Source: Octopus bimaculoides (lineage: Eukaryota). Taken from it: a DNA stretch of 46,390 bases. The notes under the pieces are model-generated. The model ran no database searches and had not been told where the DNA came from. It worked only from the letters and a program-made list of their open reading frames with translations. This document shows, one piece after another, positions 37,551 through 46,390 of the stretch (positions within the stretch are counted from its first letter, which is position 1; the number at the start of each line of letters is the position of its first letter). The translations under genes were made by a program, and so were the position numbers. Location of the stretch: NCBI RefSeq assembly GCF_001194135.2, contig NC_068984.1:63312645-63359034 (forward strand). The letters run 5' to 3'.

Positions 37551-37782
37551 ATAAGCTGAAGTCAACAAGAAGAAGTACAGAGAAATATTTATTTGTAACC
37601 ATTACAATTGTTTCCACGTAACGCAGTTCTCCACCAGGTTCGCAGTTATTTGGTTACGTAACTGTTTCCCTGCTTTATGAAATCTTGTGTTTCATTAGGT
37701 GGTATATAAATATTGTTTCTGTGTTCCGTAGTGGTTAAGAATTAATGTTCCTGTGTACCCTTTCTTGTTGACTTCAATTTAT
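37551..37782. repeat. Imperfect inverted repeat, ~55-bp arms (37551-37605 and 37728-37782)
   Basis: ataagctgaagtcaacaagaagaagtaca versus the reverse complement ataaattgaagtcaacaagaaagggtaca; about 75% identical by eye. Confidence 0.75.
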
Positions 37783-38603
37783 CAAATCCGTTCAAACATT
37801 GCATAAGATCGTATACATATCTAGCAGTAGGTATAATACTACTGTCGGATAGCACTGGATGAAATCTGAAGGTCGACGAGCCTCATACTTTAATCTACTA
37901 CGTAACCTAACTAGCTGTGCATATATATGTATATATACATTGCATAAGATCGTATACATATCTAGCAGTAGGTATAATACTACTGTCGGATAGCACTGGA
38001 TGAAATCNNNNNNNNNNNNNNNNNNNNNNNNNNNNNNNNNNNNNNNNNNNNNNNNNNNNNNNNNNNNNNNNNNNNNNNNNNNNNNNNNNNNNNNNNNNNN
38101 NNNNNNNNNNNNNNNNNNNNNNNNNNNNNNNNNNNNNNNNNNNNNNNNNNNNNNNNNNNNNNNNNNNNNNNNNNNNNNNNNNNNNNNNNNNNNNNNNNNN
38201 NNNNNNNNNNNNNNNNNNNNNNNNNNNNNNNNNNNNNNNNNNNNNNNNNNNNNNNNNNNNNNNNNNNNNNNNNNNNNNNNNNNNNNNNNNNNNNNNNNNN
38301 NNNNNNNNNNNNNNNNNNNNNNNNNNNNNNNNNNNNNNNNNNNNNNNNNNNNNNNNNNNNNNNNNNNNNNNNNNNNNNNNNNNNNNNNNNNNNNNNNNNN
38401 NNNNNNNNNNNNNNNNNNNNNNNNNNNNNNNNNNNNNNNNNNNNNNNNNNNNNNNNNNNNNNNNNNNNNNNNNNNNNNNNNNNNNNNNNNNNNNNNNNNN
38501 NNNNNNNNNNNNNNNNNNNNNNNNNNNNNNNNNNNNNNNNNNNNNNNNNNNNNNNNNNNNNNNNNNNNNNNNNNNNNNNNNNNNNNNNNNNNNNNNNNNN
38601 NNN

Positions 38604-38637
<34 letters not shown>

Positions 38638-38861
38638 CACAAAATATGGGGTTTTATTTCACAGGTGATCTAAACGATTAGATACGCTAGGTGAGTGCTG
38701 TAATGAATTACTAGAGCTCCAAGTTTATAGCCCAGACGGTAGTTATGAAGCCATTGCAGATTTCCGATATAGCGGATATATAATTGTTAAAGAGGACAAC
38801 AAACTTTAAGGTAAGGCGAACATCTCAAGTCATATAATTATTATTACAGGAAAAAATTCTA

Positions 38862-38918
38862 TGTCTTACAGCTGTTTCTGGGATATCCCAGATATGGGAT
38901 ATTCCGTCATCGGAGAAT
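38862..38918 (-). ncRNA. Minimal type I hammerhead ribozyme motif, copy 1 (core U4C lesion)
   Basis: TTCT-CCGATGA-CGGAATATCCCA-TATC-TGGGATATCCCA-GAAA-CAGCTGTA-AGAC. Helix II hairpin, palindromic helix III ACAGCTGT, GUA cleavage triplet. Confidence 0.7.
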
Positions 38919-39187
38919 AATAGGGAAATTGAGAAGGGCATAGATTAATGAAATGACTACATAGAGGACTGTAGTAAAGGAATAAGGAGATGAACAAAGA
39001 GATGAAAAAGAATCATAAATGAGCTTATTTCCACAAGAAGCATAAATGGATTTATTTCTATAAGATCGGAAAGTCGAACTTTGAATTTCATGCTTCATTT
39101 TCTTCTCTTTCTTCATCTCTTTATTCTTTTACTCCTGTCTTATATTTCGTCATTTCATTAATCTATACCCTTCTCATTTTCCCTATT

Positions 39188-39244
39188 TGTCTCTGATGAC
39201 AGACTATCCCATACTCTGGGATATCTCAGAAACAGAGCTAAGAC
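39188..39244 (+). ncRNA. Minimal type I hammerhead ribozyme motif, copy 2 (helix III damaged)
   Basis: TGTCT-CTGATGA-CAGACTATCCCA-TACTC-TGGGATATCTCA-GAAA-CAGAGCTA-AGAC. Intact CUGAUGA/GAAA core and helix I GTCT/AGAC. Confidence 0.7.
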
Positions 39245-39452
39245 TGAATTTTTTCCAGTAACAATAATAATGCATATGACTCGAGATGTTTGCTTTGCCA
39301 TAACGTTTTTTTTTCCTCTTTAACAATTATATATGTATATATATATATATTGGATGAAATAAACTCATTGCACCGTTACCGAGAAACCTTTCTAGTCCTT
39401 TGTGTTCAGTAAATTATCTACAGAATCTTGGATGTTATTTATTATATCTCAG

Positions 39453-39499
39453 CAGAATGAAACATCTTCCCTGCACGTTGGCTTAGTGTGTCCCCAAAG
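39453..39499 (+). CDS. Candidate 47-nt exon QNETSSLHVGLVCPQ
   Basis: Acceptor tttattatatctcag| and donor AAG|GTAATT. Only phase 0 is open. Isolated, so it could be chance. Confidence 0.2.
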
Positions 39500-40461
39500 G
39501 TAATTTCCGTGTTATGTTGTAAAACATATGTCCTACTTCAGTAGTTTTTTTCCCTTCCGTTTCCGTCGATGTTACCATTAAGTATCTTCGTGTCATTTTC
39601 CTTACTACAATACGTACAAATCCTCAAATATATAAACATATAATATCGATTTGAGGTAAGCAAAACATACTTCAATCAGCTATAATATTGCACTATATAT
39701 CTGACCTCTTGATTGTGAAAAGATATCCTCTATGAAGCAAATATAGAGTAATACCTCATAAGCAATAAATACGTTGGCTAACAATACCGCCATTGCATGT
39801 ATTGTACTGACTTTTCCAATAGATCAATAAAGAAAAAATAACAAATATATCTGATGGTTCAAATGATATCGAATATGTTTTATTCGGCAGTACATAATTG
39901 AACGCACAATGCTCTTACATCAATATTGATAAACAAAATATATAAATCGTTTTCCAAAGAATCTTCCACACATAGGGAAGCAGCCACACATTTTGTACAA
40001 AATGTTCTCAACGGATCACAAAGTGTCGGAAACATCTGTTTCCGGAAGATAAGCGTATTATCAACTATTTTTGTTTTTTGCATATATTTACATTTTCAAA
40101 AAATATTCACCTGAGAATCAGCTAGGAGCTTTAAATATTTCCTTTAAAGGAATATTTTTTTATACATTCAGAATATGAGAGTCTCTAGGTTCTAATAATA
40201 TATTGAAAATATATACCAATAGTGACAGAAAAAAGTTATCTGAACTACACACATCCCAAAACTCTCAAAATACAGGTGGGTAAAGTACTCACATACACAC
40301 ACGTACTGTCACACACAAACATGGACTTATATGTATATAGTTACTACACAGCTTTAACGACACACAGACATTCGCAATATGCCTGTAGACAAGACATACA
40401 TAGATACATATATATATATTTGAAATTTCTACATACCTATATTTCTGATTTATATTTTCCC

Positions 40462-40464
<3 letters not shown>

Positions 40465-40517
<53 letters not shown>

Positions 40518-40520
40518 GTT
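40465..40520. repeat. (TG)n microsatellite
   Basis: Directly visible. Confidence 0.95.
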
Positions 40521-40609
40521 TGTATGGGTTTGTGTGTAAAGATGTGCATAATTTTTCCTTTGCTTATTTCCTTTATGTATTTGTTTATTGAACGACATAA
40601 CGGGCAAAC

Positions 40610-41832
40610 TATTGAGTTGTCCGGNNNNNNNNNNNNNNNNNNNNNNNNNNNNNNNNNNNNNNNNNNNNNNNNNNNNNNNNNNNNNNNNNNNNNNNNNNNN
40701 NNNNNNNNNNNNNNNNNNNNNNNNNNNNNNNNNNNNNNNNNNNNNNNNNNNNNNNNNNNNNNNNNNNNNNNNNNNNNNNNNNNNNNNNNNNNNNNNNNNN
40801 NNNNNNNNNNNNNNNNNNNNNNNNNNNNNNNNNNNNNNNNNNNNNNNNNNNNAGAGACCTGAATAACTGGAAACCCGAAGGAGCAATATCTAGTGAAAAC
40901 GGAGAGTGGGGTAACACATCCCAGCCGAGCTGCAGCAAATTTTGTCTGGTTCTCAAAGAAACGTGCGGTTTTGCATTATCATGTTGGAAAACAACACCGT
41001 TCCTGTTGGCCAATTCTGGACGTTTCTCTTGAATTGCTGTTTTAACTCGTCCAGTTGTGTGCAGTATTTCTCAGAATTAATTGTCTGGTTACTTGGGAGA
41101 AGCTCATAGTACAGAATTCCTTTCCAATCCCACCAGACAAAAAGCAAGACTTTTTTAGGGGGAATACCCGTTTTTTGGGTGGCTGAGGGTGGCTCATGTC
41201 ACTTTCTCTGAACATTTCGGTAAATAATCCATTTCTCATAACCTGTCACAATTTGCTTTGTAAAAGGCGCGTTTTCATTCCGTTTATAAGCGAATCACAG
41301 ATGGAAATGCGATCCAAAATGTTCTGCTCATTCAACTCATGTGATACCCAAACATCCTAGCGATTTGTGTACCCAAGCTCTACCAGGTGCTCATAAACGA
41401 CGGATTTTGATAGGTTGAGGCTTTCTGCCAATTCTCGGGTTGTGCAATGTGGGTTATTCTCAATTAATGACTTGATTTGGTCATCAACTGTGGTGGATAG
41501 TCTGCCTGATCGCTCTTTATCAAGAAGATTACAATCTCCAGCTCGGAACCTTGCGAACTACTTCTGTACACTTTTTCGGATAAAGAAACATCACCGTAAA
41601 CTGCGTATGTTTCTTTGGTTGCTTGTGAGGCATTTTTTCTTTACGGAAAAAGAAAAGAATCAAGTGCCGGAAATGAACTTTCTTATTTTCCATTTTAAAA
41701 GGTTACAGAGTTAACAGGCTATAGGAACATAAACCTTCTTCCAGGAAAAGATAGCTTAAACTGTGCTCTAACTGGAGGTGTAGTCAAATCCTATGTTATG
41801 AACTCAACCATGTTCTAAAATAAGTCGAAAGA
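40610..41832 (-). mobile_element. Mariner (Tc1/mariner, DD34D) transposon, mellifera-like, defective
   Basis: Transposase starts at ATG 41693 (MENKKVHFRHLILFFFRK..). It continues through WVSHEL, VTGYEKW, VWWDWKGILYYELLPSNQTINSEKYC, FQHDNAKPH and LGWDVLPHSPFSLDIAPSG with frameshifts and a stop. The 3' end TA-TTGAGTTGTCCGG is at 40610; gap 40625-40852 fits the missing C-terminus. A matching 5' TIR was not found. Confidence 0.95.
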
Positions 41833-42045
41833 GAGATAACACAGTAGTAGTGATCCCAAAACGAAGGTGCATGTCGTGTGTGTAAGAGGGTATGTATGTG
41901 CGTGTGAAAGAGGGCTGGTGATCTTGACGNNNNNNNNNNGTCGAAAGAGAGATAACACAGTAGTAGTGATCCCAAAACGAAGGTGCATGTCGTGTGTGTA
42001 AGAGGGTATGTATGTGCGTGTGAAAGAGGGCTGGTGATCTTGACG

Positions 42046-42331
42046 TGTGCGTGTGTGCATGTGTAGGTGTGAAAATCTGGGGATGTGAATTGCTCAGTGC
42101 TGGTGTGTGCGTGGTGGTATGTTGTGATGTGATGTTGTGTCTGGTATGGTGTAGTGTGGTGTGGTGTGGTGTGATGGTGTTGGGAAGTGGGGGAGGCGGG
42201 AGTGGCGAAAACACGGGTGGGGTTTGGATTAGGCTGAGAGTGGGGGTAGAGGTGGAATATGTGGGTAGGCAGAGGCAGGGGGTAAGTGGGGTATGTGTGT
42301 TGGTAGAAGGTGGGTTATGTTGGAGAGGGTG
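42046..42331. repeat. GT/G-rich low-complexity tract
   Basis: gtggtgtggtgt units and multiple GGG runs, directly visible. Confidence 0.85.
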
Positions 42332-42506
42332 NNNNNNNNNNNNNNNNNNNNNNNNNNNNNNNNNNNNNNNNNNNNNNNNNNNNNNNNNNNNNNNNNNNNN
42401 NNNNNNNNNNNNNNNNNNNNNNNNNNNNNNNNNNNNNNNNNNNNNNNNNNNNNNNNNNNNNNNNNNNNNNNNNNNNNNNNNNNATATATATATATATATA
42501 TATATA

Positions 42507-42710
42507 TACCAGGAGGTACTGAAAAGTTCCTGGCTCTGGGCAACAGAAAATATAGGAGGATCATTTAATTTTTATTTTATTCAACATATTCCCCTTTTAG
42601 ATCCACACAAACATTGCAGTGGTATTTTTGGTCTTCTAAGACTTGTGAAACAACCCGCAAGTTTGGGCTTTCAACCAGGCTTTTTGCAATATCCCCAAAG
42701 CCCATATATA
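42507..42710 (-). mobile_element. 3' terminal fragment of a second, different mariner family
   Basis: Minus strand ends ..KYHCNVCVDLKGEYVE*, matching the mariner C-terminus W.KCV...GEYVE. It is followed by the terminus TA-CCAGGAGGTACTGAAAAGTTCCTGGC inserted at a (TA)n tract. Confidence 0.8.
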
Positions 42711-44199
42711 TCTGGAATTCAACACAGCTAGATGAAAAAAGAATTATCCAAGGAGGAAATAATTTTTCTCAGCCCGCTATTAAATCTACCATTTTTAATA
42801 ATAATATGCATGTTAATTTAATCAAACGTAATTCGCAATAAACAAAAAAAATGAATAAATAAACTGAGGAATTAGCCATATTCTAAACATACTTAATTAA
42901 TAATGTATACACTGGCAGTTTCTTCTTAATTACGCGCGCGTGCAAACACACATGCATAAATAAATATTTTACACAGAGTGAGAGAGGGAGGAAAGAGGAG
43001 AATGAAGAGGGGTGCAAAGAGAAAAAGAGTGAAGGCGAGAGAAATAAACTAATTAGTAAAGGGATAGAAAGATTAACATATTTTGTATTCATAGGTGTTT
43101 TCGCTTTACACTATATTCTCATCCAATTTATGCTACTTAATTCTGTTTTCAAATAAATACATTGATTCATATGCACAAATTTAAGGTTTAGTTACACGGA
43201 TATAGTCAATTTATACGGATCATTAATTTTATTTTGCATTATTGATTGTTAATTTATTTACCTCTTTCAAGCTTTAAATATTTTTAATTGATCAGAAAAT
43301 ATAGCAATTAAAAAATGTTGCAATGTACTTCAGATTGAAAACAAAAACGTGTTTGTGAAAATATATCTTTGAAGAAATTGAAAAATAATTTATTAATCTG
43401 TTTTAACGATGGAAGTATACAATTCTAGTTTCTTACTCTTAATTTTTCATGTTATAGGAAGCATAGGATTGGTCCTATGGGAATATGGCCATCGTGTTTG
43501 CTTTTTTTCTTCTTCGTAATGAATTAACAATTTATAAAGAAGACAACTTAGAATGGGGTTGGAAACAAAATAACTTTTTTTTTTATGCTATTAGTTTTGT
43601 AGTTCAGCCGTGGGTGCCTCTGATATTTCCAATACATGACAAAATGCATATATAGGCTAGTCCGTTGTATTTGTTTTCGTAAAGAAGTAGCGTATAGGCT
43701 GTTAGATTATCCAGAATCCAGATTTTGAAGAGGGGATTGTGTGATTTGAGGAATATTTGACTATATTTTTTGTAGCAGATCCATACATGTGCTAAAATCA
43801 ATAACTTTGTTTCTAATCTTAAAAGCCTTTGGTATATAAACAGAGCCTATTATATAGAGATAGTAAACGCAGGTCAATAAATGTCTTTTGGCAGTTGCTG
43901 CGATGTAACGCTAGGTCATTTATGAAGTATGTTATGCAAATAACTGGTTAAACAAACAGCAGTAATATATACATCCGTTGTTCCAGATTTTACCGCTGGT
44001 GATGGAACACGGGTTATTGTATGCAAACTCTTATTCACCTGACCTCTATTCTAACATACAGTTAGAACTAATTTACCAAGAATATTCATTCGTTGTTAAG
44101 GAATAGTATGACAAATTATAGGAGATTTTTTTGTTGCTTATTCAAGCAAGTTGAGTGACTGCGTAATTGTTTCTTCGTTGATTAGACAAGGTACACATA

Positions 44200-44720
44200 G
44201 TTGTCATTCACATTCAAATCAACTGCACGAATGTTTTGAAAGAAGTGGTTAGTGTGTGTATTTGCTCATAAGACCGTTTAAGTGTTCCAGGATGGAGAGA
44301 GCCTGCTATTATTTAGTTGGCAACATAGATCGGCACTAAAATGAGACAATTTGTCCTGCATACATAATCTGGTTATACGCTGTTTCTTTAAACACAAAAG
44401 AATAGTTAAAAGTAAAATGTAATGGAGCGAAGGAGCTTGCAATATATGGAATATCATTCACACAAATGAACTGTCCAACAACAAAAGTATAAATAGCATA
44501 ACAACAGGATTTATTTGGAAACACGAATGAGCAATTGTTAGCTTGTCAGAAAAATTAGTTATCATTTCCAGTTAGCAGTGGAATATTGCAAGTAGAAGAG
44601 CAAATAGATTTGACAACTTAATTTCCCTGTCAAAACCAGACAAACTAAGGCTCAGGGGTCATTCATTCACATACCTAATTATAACAATGAGTTCGTGCGT
44701 AAGGATAAACATGGAAAAAT
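44200..44720 (+). mobile_element. Possible very old CR1/L2 3' remnant
   Basis: LRLRGHS at 44645-44665 resembles the CR1/L2 C-terminal TRGH motif. Other motifs are not convincing. Confidence 0.2.
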
Positions 44721-45917
44721 TTAAGCATTAATATACGCATGCATTACCGACATCTATACAACAGGGCACAACGTTTCATTTTATGATATTTTTGAATATA
44801 AGATAGACTATACATACAAACATGTTTAGCTCGTAAACAGACAGTTTAGCCACATTTTGAAAAGCAATCAATTTGGTTGTCACTATAACCCAAATAGGTT
44901 TCGATCTGCTTACGTTCCATGTTGATAAAAGTCTCCGATTATTCGTAAGAATGTGAAACCTATCTACTGTATGCCTACACTCAAAACTAAGTGGTTTAGT
45001 CAATTTTCATATGATTAAAACACTGTCTTGATCTAGTGATTGCTTAACAGGGCTGCAAAATATTTGTTTACAGGAAATAATAATGCTACAAGGATCTTAC
45101 TAACGTGTGTGGTATTTATAAACACGGTCTTATTGCACCAAAGAAAAAGGAAATATAATCTTTGAGTAGATATTTTTCCTGTGGCCAGTAAATTGAACCT
45201 ACGTAGCTACATACAATACTTATTAACGTCTTATCAGATAAAACATTCTCAACTGCAATGATACTAGTACTGGCCTTTGCAATCTATTTAGTTTGAAGTA
45301 TATAAACGAAACGAGTGATTGTTTGGATAACTGCTTCAGTAAATGTCTTCTTGATTTCATAACAATGTTGAATGTGTCTCCAAGCACGTAGTAAGACGTT
45401 TCAATTCAAATAAAGGCAACCATGGTGGTGAACGTAAATAGGGAGAGATCAACGTAGAAATGTTCACGTGGTAGCTTGCCTTAATGTGAATACTGACCTA
45501 ATTTTTCCCAAGTCATTCAGGCTCATCATAATAACGACGACACATTATCAACTTGAGAATCAGTTCCCAATGGAATTAACAGGGGTTAAATGAATTTGTT
45601 TCTGCGTCTGTTTAATTAAGCCTGGAATTTTGCTAAACAATAACAATGTAATTGCCACTGTGTCATGTAAACCATAGAAAGCTCAGATCACGCCCTTTGA
45701 AAGAAACGAGTATTGCTGGATAATATAATATTGTTTGAATAAAAAACGAAATCTGAAAATCTTTCGGCAATTGGTCTGATTCTTAACAAAATGCATTTAC
45801 ATGTATACACACACAAATATCAATTCTAACATATACCCATATATCTTAAATAAACATATATATGACACATATACACCACACACACATTCATATATACGGT
45901 GATAACTATACTATTTA

Positions 45918-45968
<51 letters not shown>

Positions 45969-45970
<2 letters not shown>

Positions 45971-46319
45971 TTCAAAGGAATTCCAAATATGTCTATTTTT
46001 AATGTTATATTTATATTCTTATAATATCAATGTTGGATACAGAATATATAACATATATAATATATTCAGTAAAATGAAATGAAGTAGTGATTGTTTTATT
46101 GAATAGATGAAATATTGAGTATTGAATATTAAATATTAAGTATTGAGTATTAAGGGACTAGTATACTAGTCCCTTAATACTCATCAATATTTTATCTATT
46201 CAATAAGACAATCACTACTTCATTTTATTTTACTGAATATATTATATATGCTATATCCTACATTAATATTATAAGAATATAAATAAAACATAACAAACAG
46301 ATTTGGGATTCCTTTCAAT
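45969..46319. mobile_element. ~350-bp foldback (palindromic) element inside (TA)n
   Basis: Perfect 40-bp central palindrome at 46144-46183 (TGAGTATTAAGGGACTAGTA|TACTAGTCCCTTAATACTCA). The arms continue imperfectly to ttcaaaggaattccaaat / atttgggattcctttcaa. (TA)n lies on both sides. Confidence 0.85.
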
Positions 46320-46390
46320 AATATATTCCTGTATACACTATCATACAAACCCTTTTTATATATATGTACATATATATATATATATATATA

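Larger units (their letters stand above)
38776..39335. mobile_element. Foldback of two inverted ~250-bp Penelope pseudo-LTR-like arms
   Basis: Arms ~38776-39020 and ~39085-39335 align end to end as reverse complements at roughly 80% by eye, with a ~65-bp spacer. Each arm carries a hammerhead motif. Confidence 0.85.

Noticed and set aside
38665-38690. 26-nt segment with excellent acceptor and TAG|GTGAGT donor
   Set aside because: Stops in all three frames. It could only be a UTR or poison exon, and nothing else supports it.
41824-42045. Identical 106-bp direct repeat (41824-41929 and 41940-42045)
   Set aside because: The copies directly flank a 10-N gap, the typical signature of unmerged overlapping contig ends.

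Overview
AT-rich animal genomic DNA from a draft assembly, with 11 N-gaps totalling about 3.9 kb. It is most likely an octopus (coleoid cephalopod), judged from SINE and MITE families I recognise from memory and the dense (TA)n/(CA)n/(TATG)n/(TAC)n microsatellites; this was not database-verified. The window is intronic or intergenic. There is no intact long CDS, no prokaryotic feature and no CRISPR array, and almost every ORF in the track is a gap or microsatellite artefact. Supported content: three tRNA-headed SINE families (two copies with clear target-site duplications), a decayed mellifera-type mariner plus a second mariner end, a TTAA-flanked piggyBac-like MITE, and decayed Penelope-like and CR1/L2-group retroelements. 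A few candidate exons have good splice signals but no recognisable homologue. The three most unusual observations are: (1) a ~560-bp foldback at 38776-39335 with a hammerhead-ribozyme motif in each arm; (2) an initiator-tRNA-Met body at 17025-17095 whose anticodon loop reads exactly like a tRNA-Thr(AGT) loop; (3) a ~350-bp loopless palindrome inside a (TA)n tract at 45969-46319.
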